Positions 37,863 to 46,717 of a DNA stretch of 47,876 bases are shown here, piece after piece. Positions within the stretch are counted from its first letter, which is position 1. Each line of letters starts with the position of its first letter. The notes under the pieces were generated by a model. It searched no databases. It was not told where the DNA came from and saw nothing but the letters and a program-made list of their open reading frames with translations. This stretch comes from a virus. Location of the stretch: the UHGV virus genome UHGV-0385110; one strand, 5' to 3'. The translations under genes were made by a program, and so were the position numbers.

Positions 37863-38141
37863 TTACTTAACCGCCTGTAAACGCTCAAGCTCACGCATCA
37901 GTGCAGATACACGGCGTTGCCGCAAAGTTTCTGCATGCTCTTTTGCCTGTTGCTCATCAAGCCAGTATTCACCACGCTTAAAGTAAACATCGCCAACCAC
38001 AGCTACCTGACCATCGGCAAACAGCTGTGCGCTTTCGTACTTTTGAATGCCACGGGTCAGTGCATACTTCGTGACCCATATAGTCTCTGCGCTTGCCGCG
38101 TTAGCGATAACCAGTAAAACCACTGCCAGTAATTTATTCAT
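37863..38141 (-). CDS. secreted small protein (92 aa)
   Basis: Signal peptide MNKLLAVVLLVIANAASA / ET. Confidence 0.4.
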   Translation of the reverse strand: MNKLLAVVLLVIANAASAETIWVTKYALTRGIQKYESAQLFADGQVAVVGDVYFKRGEYWLDEQQAKEHAETLRQRRVSALMRELERLQAVK

Positions 38142-38156
38142 CGTTGCTAAACCGGT

Positions 38157-38342
38157 TTAATTTCCACCATATGACACGATAACCTGCTCAAGCACTCTCT
38201 GCTTGCCTTCGCCACTAAAAACGCGACAGACGCGCTTACCGTTGCTGTATGCATGCATTGCCTGTGCCATCATAAAGTTTTGCGCTTTCACTGCGCCCAT
38301 TTCTGGTTCCAACTGGGTGCGCGTGTAGATTGCTTTGGTCAT
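38157..38342 (-). CDS. hypothetical protein (61 aa)
   Basis: Minus early block. Confidence 0.3.
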   Translation of the reverse strand: MTKAIYTRTQLEPEMGAVKAQNFMMAQAMHAYSNGKRVCRVFSGEGKQRVLEQVIVSYGGN

Positions 38343-38346
38343 TTAG

Positions 38347-38532
38347 TTAATCCTTATGCTCTGTATAGCACCGCTGAAATGTCTTTGTGTCAGCATCGCA
38401 CTTAATAAAATACTCATTTACGCCATCATCTCTTGAGAATTTCTCGCAAGTTATGACATTTGCGTTTTCATACCCATTATCACGGCGGCAACGTTGCAAG
38501 AATGAGTTGTTGTTCATTTTTATGCCCCTCAA
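38347..38532 (-). CDS. hypothetical Cys-containing protein (61 aa)
   Basis: Minus early block. Confidence 0.3.
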   Translation of the reverse strand: MRGIKMNNNSFLQRCRRDNGYENANVITCEKFSRDDGVNEYFIKCDADTKTFQRCYTEHKD

Positions 38533-38640
38533 AATCCAAAATCGCCAGTAAACTGAGCAAGCTCTTCGCCATGCTCATCCACTACATAGCCATCGAATAC
38601 AACGTCACCATTTTCGTCTTGCTGCTTTTTATCTTCCATC
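38530..38640 (-). CDS. small acidic protein (36 aa), first ORF after the early promoter
   Basis: SD AAGAGGTGA before ATG 38640. ATGA overlap with next gene. Confidence 0.25.
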
Positions 38641-38670
38641 TTTCATCACCTCTTTGTTGTTGATGTGGTA

Positions 38671-38698
38671 ACTATACGATGGCGCCAAATCTACGTCA
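38671..38698 (-). promoter_or_regulatory. minus-strand sigma70-like promoter TTGACG-17-TATAGT containing the 12-mer (same architecture as 15262..15290)
   Basis: Reverse complement reads caTTGACGTAGATTtggcgccatcgTATAGTtacc. Confidence 0.5.
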
Positions 38699-38699
38699 A

Positions 38700-39089
38700 T
38701 ATGATGGTGAAAATAAAATTTAGTTAGTAATCACTTACAGTTATAAATTTTGCAAGTTATTGATATTTATATACCACGCTCAACCCATTTAACCCAAGTT
38801 TTTTTTGGATTTAACCATATATAACCGTTTAGATTCATTAACTTACATGATGTTCAACCATTTATCACTTAAACCTTCACCATGAGAGAAAAGTAGAAAA
38901 TCTTTGATGCATTTTTTTTGCTAAAATTTGCGCAAAGCAAAAAATGGGTTGAATTGGATAAATACTACTATCTATTGATAATAATAGTAGTAAATACATA
39001 TACATAGTATGTAAAAACACTTATCTAAACTCTTATCCAACTTTATCCATTTCAACCCGGCATTGGATTATGGGGCAGGAAAAACAATG
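38700..39089. repeat. AT-rich non-coding origin-like region with DnaA-box-like 9-mers, TCAACC(C)ATTT-type iterons and a 9-bp-arm perfect palindrome
   Basis: TTATCTAAA 39021-29, TTATCCAAC 39034-42, TTATCCATT 39044-52, inverted TGGATAAAT 38953-61. TCAACCCATTTAACC 38780-94, TTCAACCATTT 38852-62, TTCAACCCGG 39051-60, inverted GGGTTGAATTGG 38946-57. Palindrome TACTACTAT-n12-ATAGTAGTA 38963-38992. TTTTTTTTGC..GCAAAAAA 38913-38944. Confidence 0.45.
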
Positions 39090-39117
39090 TTGCGCGCTTG
39101 CGTGGTTAATGTATAAT
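39090..39117 (+). promoter_or_regulatory. strong sigma70-like promoter TTGCGC-16-TATAAT (TG immediately upstream of -10)
   Basis: TTGCGC 39090-95, TATAAT 39112-17. Heads the replication block. Confidence 0.5.
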
Positions 39118-39143
39118 TGATTAACAAAAGTGGGAGGGTTGCC

Positions 39144-39410
39144 ATGTTTAAGGTAATAAGCAAAGAAGAAACACAGTCACTAGCATCAAAGCCAAAGGTT
39201 GAATTCTCAACAAAAGGAATGACAGAACAACTTAGAAATCAATTTAAATCAATGTCTTTTGGAGAATCATTCATTTATCCTGTGAGACTTGAAAAACACA
39301 AAAGAACAGTTTCCAGCAGACTAAAGGGAACATGCAATTCTCTTGGATTCATTATAAGAACAAGGACTGTTGATGATGGAATTCTTGTCATTTTTGAAGG
39401 ATACAAATGA
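39144..39410 (+). CDS. hypothetical protein (88 aa)
   Basis: ATG 39144 (MFKVISKEE) preceded by GGGAGGG. The track start is an upstream TTG. Confidence 0.4.
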   Translation: MFKVISKEETQSLASKPKVEFSTKGMTEQLRNQFKSMSFGESFIYPVRLEKHKRTVSSRLKGTCNSLGFIIRTRTVDDGILVIFEGYK

Positions 39411-40897
39411 TGGCAATAAAGACCATTTACGACCTCACCGCCGACATCAAAAAAGACTCATGGTACGACATCACCAAGCCGCCAGGCCTTGCTGGTGAGA
39501 TAGCTGAAGACATCGCCGCTGGTGAGGTGCGAGAACAGCCAAGGTTGCGCGCTGTGGCAGCACTGCATGAGCTGGTAATTGCCAGCAAAGGTAAAATTAA
39601 AACCCCAAGCGGCATGAAAGGAAACTTGCTGACCATCTGCATTGCTGATTCTGCCGGTGGTAAAGACCGTTCTCAAAGTCACTTCAAGATGATCGCCCGC
39701 GATATCGACAAAGGTCAGCACGTTTTTGGCCGCATAGCATCATCAAAAGATATCGGGCGCACACTGATAAACCACGAAGGCGTGGCAACATTTATTATTG
39801 ATGAATGCCATGGTCTTTTTGGCGTGATGTCACAAAAGAATGGCGCCACCTATATGGCAGAGCTTGGCTCTGAAATTCTCTCAATCTATTCAGACCGCCT
39901 GAAAAAATTCTCTGACCTTGATGCCATTAATGCGAAGGAGTTGCTGGAGAAGGAGTTAAAAAAACTGCGCGCAGAAGTTAAGGATAAGGGCATTGTTGAA
40001 ACTGAGTATCGTCGACGTGAAATGCAGCTCGAAAAAGAAATCTTATGGCCTATCCAGAACGGGATAGAAGACCCTATATTTTCAATGATGTGCTTCTCAA
40101 CGCCTGAAAAGCTGGCAAGCATCATCTGCTCTGAAAACATTGGCACCGGCCTTATTGGTCGTGCGATATTCATCAAAGGAAAAGATGGCCGAGCAAGGAA
40201 AGCAAAAAGATTCGGTCACAAGACGCCGCCATCGCTTATCGAGAAGATGAAACAGATAGAGAAATCAGCACCAACCGTGGCGAGGTACGAAGATACAATG
40301 GTTGAGCAACTTGCCGAATCTCTTGATGATCGTTTTGAGGAGTTGCGGAATGATGTTGCGCTAGGGGCTGTAATATCACGTTCATTTGAGCAGGTTGAAA
40401 AGGTTGCAACAGCTCTTTCTGCTGGTAATAAAGGAGTCATTACAGAATCCATGCTCATGTGGGCTTTTTGCTTTGTATGCGAAAGCCTTACTGACGTGAT
40501 GAGCATGCTTAAAGTGAATGAGAGCCAGGAGGAACTTGGTACTATGGCGCGATGGAACGAGATTAAAAACCGCATTGAAAACGTGCTATCTGGTAGAACA
40601 CGCGATGATTCAATGCCTCAGTCAAGCATTATTCAGCGCGTAGTTAAAACCAAGTCGCTAAAAGGACTGGCAGAAGCTATTGCTCGTACCAATGGAGAGG
40701 ATTTTAATTTCGGCGCAAAAACACTTATCACGCCAGTAATGCAGGCATTAATGGAGTCAAGAGCTATTGATGCTGTCGGTTGCGGTTACTGGATTAACGA
40801 CGCGAGCAAATTTGAGTCGACAAAAATGAGCATTAAATTCTCTCAGATTGTTGAGGGTATCGGCATGAATATGGCGGCGCAGAGAGGTTGGAGATGA
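39407..40897 (+). CDS. hypothetical replication-associated protein (496 aa) with DExH-like motif
   Basis: ..TFIIDECHGLFG.. resembles helicase motif II. No canonical Walker A seen. Sits between the origin-like region and primase/helicase. Confidence 0.3.
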   Translation: MMAIKTIYDLTADIKKDSWYDITKPPGLAGEIAEDIAAGEVREQPRLRAVAALHELVIASKGKIKTPSGMKGNLLTICIADSAGGKDRSQSHFKMIARDIDKGQHVFGRIASSKDIGRTLINHEGVATFIIDECHGLFGVMSQKNGATYMAELGSEILSIYSDRLKKFSDLDAINAKELLEKELKKLRAEVKDKGIVETEYRRREMQLEKEILWPIQNGIEDPIFSMMCFSTPEKLASIICSENIGTGLIGRAIFIKGKDGRARKAKRFGHKTPPSLIEKMKQIEKSAPTVARYEDTMVEQLAESLDDRFEELRNDVALGAVISRSFEQVEKVATALSAGNKGVITESMLMWAFCFVCESLTDVMSMLKVNESQEELGTMARWNEIKNRIENVLSGRTRDDSMPQSSIIQRVVKTKSLKGLAEAIARTNGEDFNFGAKTLITPVMQALMESRAIDAVGCGYWINDASKFESTKMSIKFSQIVEGIGMNMAAQRGWR

Positions 40898-41109
40898 AAA
40901 ATAAGTGGATTGAATGTAGTGAAAAATTACCAGAGGAAAATACAAAAGTAATTTTTTATCCAAAAGATAATGAGCCACTACATGGAGTTTATCTTCAAGG
41001 ACACTGGTTTCAGGATGTATCTTGGTGCAGCATAGACTCTGATGGAGTTCTTGATAACATGGTAACAATTGGTGTTACTCACTGGATGCCAGTTCCAGAA
41101 AAACCATAA
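40894..41109 (+). CDS. DUF551-like small protein (72 aa)
   Basis: ..KWIECSEKLPEEN...VTHWMPVPEKP. ATG 40894 with SD GAGAGG. Confidence 0.5.
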   Translation: MKNKWIECSEKLPEENTKVIFYPKDNEPLHGVYLQGHWFQDVSWCSIDSDGVLDNMVTIGVTHWMPVPEKP

Positions 41110-41112
41110 ACA

Positions 41113-41143
41113 AAAACCCTCCATCAGGAGGGTTTGTTTTTTA
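41113..41143. terminator. bidirectional rho-independent terminator
   Basis: aaAACCCTCCatcaGGAGGGTTtgtttttt. The primase stop lies in the loop. Confidence 0.55.
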
Positions 41144-42017
41144 GTGCTTCAAATAGTTCTTCTGGTTTATACAGCCTTTTTCTGATGGCACTGCTGTAAC
41201 GGATATCCTGACCGTCATCAGTAATCAGCATCGGTAGACCTGCATTCTCGGCGGCGCATATCTCGTCGAAATTATTATTAATGATACAGCGTAGTTTAGC
41301 TCGCTGCTCATTGCTCACATTGCGCACAACTTCCCACATATTCTCAGGAGACCAGCAACACCAGACATGAGCACCGGTAAGCCGGTGTGCTCTCCAGGCA
41401 TCGAAGTAATCCGCAACCAGGTATGTCCATTCCGTCTTATCGCCGATGGGTGTCACCGCGCCGCGCGTAAGTCTTCCACGAGTGTATTCGTGGCTGAAAC
41501 CCGCGCGAAATGACACACTTTCATCGTCAGCAATGAATGCCACATTGCATGGCGTCATTGTTCCAGCCATATAGAGCGGTATCGCCACCAGTTCACCAGT
41601 TTTGCCGGTTATGGTGTCGCCTCCTGCTTTTTCCATGATGGCCGCCACTTCTTCCTCTGTCAGGTAGTCAGAAGCATGGTTGACCTTCGGAAGTTGCTTT
41701 CTAATCGTCTCAAGTTTTTCGCGTGGGTGCATGTTTAGAAATCCGGCCAGTGCCTCCATTGACTCCGGAAACGTCATTCCTGACAGCTTCATTAGCCATG
41801 TGATGCCGCTGCCGTTTCCGCACTGGTTGCAGATGGCGCCGCCGTCACCTTTGTAGTCAAGATGGTCATCAAATCTGAACCGGTCATTGCCGCCACAGCT
41901 CGGACACGGCTGATGTTTACCATTGAAAATTCTCATGTCGACATTGACTATCGACATGATGGCAGCCTGCCAGTTTCCTACCATTAAAGGCTCTATATCC
42001 TTCCAGTCGTATCGCAT
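41124..42017 (-). CDS. DNA primase (zinc-ribbon + TOPRIM-like)
   Basis: 297 aa. ..CPSCGGNDRFRFDD...CNQCGNGSG.. zinc-binding. Acidic TOPRIM-like ..FIADDESVSF.. and ..LITDDGQD.. Confidence 0.55.
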   Translation of the reverse strand: MRYDWKDIEPLMVGNWQAAIMSIVNVDMRIFNGKHQPCPSCGGNDRFRFDDHLDYKGDGGAICNQCGNGSGITWLMKLSGMTFPESMEALAGFLNMHPREKLETIRKQLPKVNHASDYLTEEEVAAIMEKAGGDTITGKTGELVAIPLYMAGTMTPCNVAFIADDESVSFRAGFSHEYTRGRLTRGAVTPIGDKTEWTYLVADYFDAWRAHRLTGAHVWCCWSPENMWEVVRNVSNEQRAKLRCIINNNFDEICAAENAGLPMLITDDGQDIRYSSAIRKRLYKPEELFEALKNKPS

Positions 42018-42034
42018 AATTTAACCTTGATTAT

Positions 42035-42069
42035 TGCCGTAGATTCAGTCTACTATTGTGACGTAGATT
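42035..42069 (+). promoter_or_regulatory. tandem motif copies TTGCCGTAGATT (42035-46) and gtGACGTAGATT (42058-69) upstream of helicase
   Basis: Two plus-oriented copies in the primase/helicase divergent intergenic region. Confidence 0.45.
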
Positions 42070-42091
42070 GAGCAACACAAAGGTGGATGAA

Positions 42092-44026
42092 GTGCAAAAA
42101 ATTGATGCAATGATTGCTGAGCTGGATATGGATAAGCTGCGGGCCAGCATCCATACCGGGGAAATTGAACCGCGCCCCTATCAGTGGCTGGTATATGAAA
42201 AGACAGCGGAGGTTATCCGCAAGTTTGGTAAGCAGCCAAAGCCAAGTTATGTTACCGCGTCAGTTGGCGCCGGTAAGACCATCATGATAGCCATGATTGC
42301 CCGTCGTTTCCAGGATATGGGGTGGGAGGGTCTTGTCATCGCGCGACAAGGCGAAATTATTGAGCAGGATGCTGAGGAGCTTTGGAATCTGAGCGTGAAA
42401 AACTCTTTGTTTAGCGCTTCACTTGGGCGTAAGGCTTATGCCTATCCGCTTATCGCGGGAACAGAGGGCACAATAATAAATGGCCTTTTTGATAAGACGG
42501 CAGAAGACGGCACAGTGACAAAATCTTTGCTTTCGGATTTTACCCCTCGCTACATCCTTGTCGACGAATGTCACCAGGTTAACTGGCAGGACATAATATC
42601 AGAGCAACCAGAGACGCAGTACGGTGTCATCATGAATGAACTTAACCGGCGCTGTAAAGCGAAGTATGGGCATGAGGTCATTGTCATTGGCTACACCGGC
42701 AGCCCATTTCGCGGCGTTGAGTCGATCAAAGGGGCTTACTGGAAACACGAAATCGTCAACATCAGCACGAAATACCTTGTCGATCTTGGTTTTCTTGTTC
42801 CTACCATCTTTGGTGGACAGGATATCGAAGACCTGCAATACGATCTGCATGAGTTTGCCAGTAGTGACGTTGACGGCGTGCAGGACTTCACTGATAGCCA
42901 GCTAAAAGAGATGCAGGAAGAAATCCTCAAGCAGGGTACATTGACGCAAAAAATAATGCTAAAAGTCATGGAACTTACGCGCGACAGGCTCGGTGTACTC
43001 ATTACCTGCGCCGGTAAAAAACATTGCAAGGAGGCTGCAAAATACTTACCAGAAGGCAGTTATTCCATTGTTACCGAGGATATGGGGCAGAAAGCCAGAC
43101 GGAAAGCGCTGAAAGATGCGGCTACAGGGAGAAAAAAATACACGCTGCAAATCGGCTGCCTCACTACTGGCGTTAATATTCCATATTGGGATACTTCTGT
43201 CATCCTGAGAAAAATTATGTCCCTGACGCTTCTGACGCAGTTACTTGGCAGACCAATGCGCCTTTTAAAGCCTGAGCAGATTTCCGCAGGTCTGGTGAAA
43301 GAAAATCATCTTTGTCTTGATTTCACCGGAACCATGTTCGAGCTTGGCGGTCTGTACGAAGACCCTATTCTTGAGGAAGCAGAAGCGCAGCGCGCCAAGC
43401 GCAGCGGAGAGCAGGTGCCATGCCCTAAATGCCAGACGATGAACAGCCCATATGCACGGCGTTGCATCGGTAAAGATGCAACATCGCCAGACGGACGATG
43501 CGAAGAGTTTTTCAGCTTCATTCGCTGTGGTTTCGACAAGCACGGCATCCGTATTTTCGATGATGGCTGTGGAACAAAGAACGACCCGACAGCTCGTTAT
43601 TGCCGTCAATGCGATCACGTTTTGCGCGACCCTAACGCGGCGCTTAATGAGCGCGCTTATACCGATAAGGAATGGACAGATGTGCAAGATTTTAAAGTCG
43701 AGTTGACCAAAGACGCTGAGGGGGTTCTTTATCGTTACCTGGTGGTAAAAGCTGATGGAAAGACCGGCTGGGCAAATGAGGTGTTTTATCCGTTCGGAGG
43801 CAAGCCAAAGCACCTGCGTGACATGTTTAAAATGAAGGCTCTGCTTCCACACCTGGAAGATAAATCAATGATGAAGAAAATGATGGACTGCCATGATGCG
43901 AAGACTTTCATGCATTACGCTGGGTTAATCCGGGCACCTAAGCGCATTACGCACCGTTTTAACGATAAAGGCCGCGATATCATCCACCGCAAGGATTTCA
44001 TAGGAGAACAAATTGAAGCAGCTTGA
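42092..44026 (+). CDS. SF2 (DEAD/DEAH-type) DNA helicase with C-terminal Cys-cluster domain
   Basis: Start uncertain: the track uses TTG 42068, GTG 42092 follows SD AGGTGGA. Walker A ..ASVGAGKT... Motif II ..LVDECHQV... C-terminal ..CPKCQTMNSPYARRC...CRQCDHV.. Confidence 0.65.
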   Translation: MQKIDAMIAELDMDKLRASIHTGEIEPRPYQWLVYEKTAEVIRKFGKQPKPSYVTASVGAGKTIMIAMIARRFQDMGWEGLVIARQGEIIEQDAEELWNLSVKNSLFSASLGRKAYAYPLIAGTEGTIINGLFDKTAEDGTVTKSLLSDFTPRYILVDECHQVNWQDIISEQPETQYGVIMNELNRRCKAKYGHEVIVIGYTGSPFRGVESIKGAYWKHEIVNISTKYLVDLGFLVPTIFGGQDIEDLQYDLHEFASSDVDGVQDFTDSQLKEMQEEILKQGTLTQKIMLKVMELTRDRLGVLITCAGKKHCKEAAKYLPEGSYSIVTEDMGQKARRKALKDAATGRKKYTLQIGCLTTGVNIPYWDTSVILRKIMSLTLLTQLLGRPMRLLKPEQISAGLVKENHLCLDFTGTMFELGGLYEDPILEEAEAQRAKRSGEQVPCPKCQTMNSPYARRCIGKDATSPDGRCEEFFSFIRCGFDKHGIRIFDDGCGTKNDPTARYCRQCDHVLRDPNAALNERAYTDKEWTDVQDFKVELTKDAEGVLYRYLVVKADGKTGWANEVFYPFGGKPKHLRDMFKMKALLPHLEDKSMMKKMMDCHDAKTFMHYAGLIRAPKRITHRFNDKGRDIIHRKDFIGEQIEAA

Positions 44027-44429
44027 TAGTGGAATATGGGTATTTGATAGCGGTTATCGCGGAGAGTGTCCGCTGGAATGCACTGACCAGATGGCCTATG
44101 GTCTGTGGATGCAATACCGTTTTCCTGATGCTCTGTGGTTTCATGTTCCTAACGAGACAGGAACAAAGAGCGGCCCTCAATTCGTCGAAAAACGTCGCAA
44201 AATGGGCGTCAGGAGCGGTATAAGCGACAATGTGATACTAACTCACGGCATTAATCATAAATGCGGACTGATTGAGCTGAAGAGGCGTGACAAGACAAAA
44301 TCAAAAGTATCGCCATCGCAGATTGAGGTTCTGGAGTGCGCCATTGCAGAGGGTCACTTTGGCGCTATTGCTTATGGCCTTGAGGAGCTAAAAAGAGCGA
44401 CGTTATTCTATTTTGGGCTTGATGAATGA
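44013..44429 (+). CDS. VRR-NUC domain nuclease (PD-(D/E)xK)
   Basis: 138 aa. ..FHVPNETG...GVRSGISDNVILTHG...GLIELKR.. matches VRR-NUC core. TTG start with SD AGGAG. Confidence 0.5.
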   Translation: MKQLDSGIWVFDSGYRGECPLECTDQMAYGLWMQYRFPDALWFHVPNETGTKSGPQFVEKRRKMGVRSGISDNVILTHGINHKCGLIELKRRDKTKSKVSPSQIEVLECAIAEGHFGAIAYGLEELKRATLFYFGLDE

Positions 44430-44447
44430 CGTGGTTTGATGTAGATT
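44419..44447 (+). promoter_or_regulatory. sigma70-like promoter TTGATG-17-TAGATT (motif variant gaTGTAGATT)
   Basis: TTGATG 44419-24, TAGATT 44442-47. Upstream of the 44467 gene and the recombination genes. Confidence 0.4.
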
Positions 44448-44466
44448 GATTTAACAATAAAAAGAG

Positions 44467-44664
44467 GTGATTGATATGAAATTATTTTGTTCAAGTTCAA
44501 CTAGTGAAAGATTCACTGAAGGTGAATTTTATGATGCTCAATTTAATGGTCGTCAATTCCATGTTACAGACAACACAAGTAAAGCGTGGTCAGCTTTATA
44601 TGAGGATGACTCTGGATTCATAGTAATTGAGATGGTCGGCGGTGATTTTGTGGAGTTCGAGTAA
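44467..44664 (+). CDS. hypothetical protein (65 aa)
   Basis: SD AAGAGGTGA. ATGA overlap with exonuclease gene. Confidence 0.4.
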   Translation: MIDMKLFCSSSTSERFTEGEFYDAQFNGRQFHVTDNTSKAWSALYEDDSGFIVIEMVGGDFVEFE

Positions 44665-45641
44665 TGAAAGTATATCTAAACAACGAACTCAGCAATGAGC
44701 AGTACCACGCTGACACCGAGCACATCAACGGCTCTGGTCTGTGGAACATCTACGACCGCTGCCCGGCAGCATGGCGATATAAAGACGAAGAAGACGAGCA
44801 GTCAAAGGCGCTTGTCTTCGGAACGGGTAGCCATACCGCACTGCTTGAGCCTGAGCGCTTCGAAGCAGAATATGCCCGCATGCCAGTTGTCGAAGATTTT
44901 CCAAAAGACAAAGATGGCAATCGCACGGTGCTGGTAACTGCTTCTGACATGAACTCATGGGCAAAAGAGCGCGGCATCAAAGGTCTTTCAGGGAAGTCGA
45001 AAGCTGATGTGATCAAAATCATTCAGGCCACTGGAGAGCCAGTACAAATTTACGATGTTATCCGTAAAGAGGCAGAGAAGGCCGCTACTGGTAAGCATAT
45101 GCTTGAAGGAACTGATTATGACGCCATCATGCAGATGCGCGCCGTAATCCATGCGAACAGCTATTACAGCAGCCTGCTTTCTGGTGCTTATTCCGAGGTG
45201 TCAATTCTCGGTGAGTTGCTTGGCGAGCCATCAAAAGTTCGCTTTGACTGCCTTACTCGAGGTGGCGACATCATCGACTACAAAACAGCAGTGAGTGCCA
45301 AGCCTGATGAGTTTTTTCGCCATGCTGCGCGGCTCGGATACTTTATGAAGATGGCAATGCAGCACGACATTTTTGTAGAGGCTTATGGGCATGCACCTCG
45401 CTCGGTAAACCTTCTGGTGCAGGAGAAAAAATCTCCATTCATCCCTGCATTGATTCGTCTGACGGATGAGCAGTTACGCATTGGTCGCATTCAGCTGCGC
45501 AGCGCGATGGAAATCTATAAGGCATGCAAAAAAGCCAATTCATGGCCCGGTTACTCAATGGGTAATCCGGTTATCGAAATGGAAACGCCGGAATGGTACA
45601 AGCAACAGTATGGCATTAATGACAAACATAGCAACTGGTAG
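44664..45641 (+). CDS. PD-(D/E)xK recombination exonuclease (YqaJ / lambda Exo / RecE-like)
   Basis: 325 aa. ..VRFDCLTRGGDIIDYKTA.. D...D/E-x-K core. Precedes ATPase + SSB, as in phage recombination modules. Confidence 0.55.
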   Translation: MKVYLNNELSNEQYHADTEHINGSGLWNIYDRCPAAWRYKDEEDEQSKALVFGTGSHTALLEPERFEAEYARMPVVEDFPKDKDGNRTVLVTASDMNSWAKERGIKGLSGKSKADVIKIIQATGEPVQIYDVIRKEAEKAATGKHMLEGTDYDAIMQMRAVIHANSYYSSLLSGAYSEVSILGELLGEPSKVRFDCLTRGGDIIDYKTAVSAKPDEFFRHAARLGYFMKMAMQHDIFVEAYGHAPRSVNLLVQEKKSPFIPALIRLTDEQLRIGRIQLRSAMEIYKACKKANSWPGYSMGNPVIEMETPEWYKQQYGINDKHSNW

Positions 45642-45667
45642 TTTTAATTTATAGTAAATGAGGTGAA

Positions 45668-46708
45668 ATGATGGGAATTCTTGATATCAAACCTGCTAAA
45701 CGTTCAGGTTCTCGCGTAGTGATTGGCATTTCTGGTCAGTCTGGTAGCGGAAAGACATACAGCGCACTCAAGCTGGCACGCGGCATGGTTGAATCACCAT
45801 CTGAAATAGGTTTTCTGGACACGGAAAACGGTCGCGGGCGTCTTTATTCAAATATCCTCGATGGAAAATTCCTGCATGCTGATTTGTATGCGCCATTTAG
45901 TCCTGCCCGTTATCGCCAGGCTATCGAAGAGTTTCAAAAAGCAGGTGTTAAAGTGCTGGTTATCGATTCCGGTTCGCATGAATGGGAAGGAGAAGGTGGT
46001 TGCTCAGATATAGCCGATCAGCCGCTGCTGCAAGGAAAGAAAATGGCAGACTGGAAGCGCGCCAAGGCTGAGCATAAGAAGTTCATGAGTGCGCTATTGC
46101 AGAGCAATATGCATATCATCGTGTGCCTGCGTGCACGCAATAAAACCGACTTCAGCAACCCCAAAGACCCTATGCCGCTTGGGCTTCACCCGGTCTGTGA
46201 AAAGGATTTTATGTTTGAAATGACCGTCAGTATGATGATGTATGACAACGGAAAGGTGCAGGATTTTACCAAGCTACCAGAAGAACTGCGCCCGATATTT
46301 TTTGAATCTGGCCGAGATAGTCAGCATCATGGATATATTGGTGATGCTCATGGGCGAGGTTTAATTAAATGGGTTGAGTCTGGCGTTAAGATTGATGAGG
46401 AGTTTGAGCACTGGCGTTCTAAGTTGCAAATGACCGCTTCACGCGGAGTTGCAGCACTGAATGCTGAGGCTGCAAATATTCCAGATTCAGTCAAAAAGAA
46501 AATCAGGGAAATATGGTCAACCCTCAAGGCATCAGCAGAAGAGTATGAGCGCATTGAATCATTCATTAATGATGAATCTCCAGCAGCTGTAACTATCACG
46601 CCGCAGGATGATTTCAACCCGGCCAAACTCCAGAAAGCAGATGCGCCTGTGTCATCTGCACATGAAGAGAAGCCATCAACATCTCAACAGAACATCGAAA
46701 ACTTTTAA
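45668..46708 (+). CDS. RecA-fold ATPase, Sak4-like single-strand annealing/recombination protein
   Basis: 346 aa. Walker A ..GISGQSGSGKT.. near N-terminus, Walker B-like ..VLVIDSGSHEW... Followed by SSB. Confidence 0.5.
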   Translation: MMGILDIKPAKRSGSRVVIGISGQSGSGKTYSALKLARGMVESPSEIGFLDTENGRGRLYSNILDGKFLHADLYAPFSPARYRQAIEEFQKAGVKVLVIDSGSHEWEGEGGCSDIADQPLLQGKKMADWKRAKAEHKKFMSALLQSNMHIIVCLRARNKTDFSNPKDPMPLGLHPVCEKDFMFEMTVSMMMYDNGKVQDFTKLPEELRPIFFESGRDSQHHGYIGDAHGRGLIKWVESGVKIDEEFEHWRSKLQMTASRGVAALNAEAANIPDSVKKKIREIWSTLKASAEEYERIESFINDESPAAVTITPQDDFNPAKLQKADAPVSSAHEEKPSTSQQNIENF

Positions 46709-46717
46709 GGGTAAATT

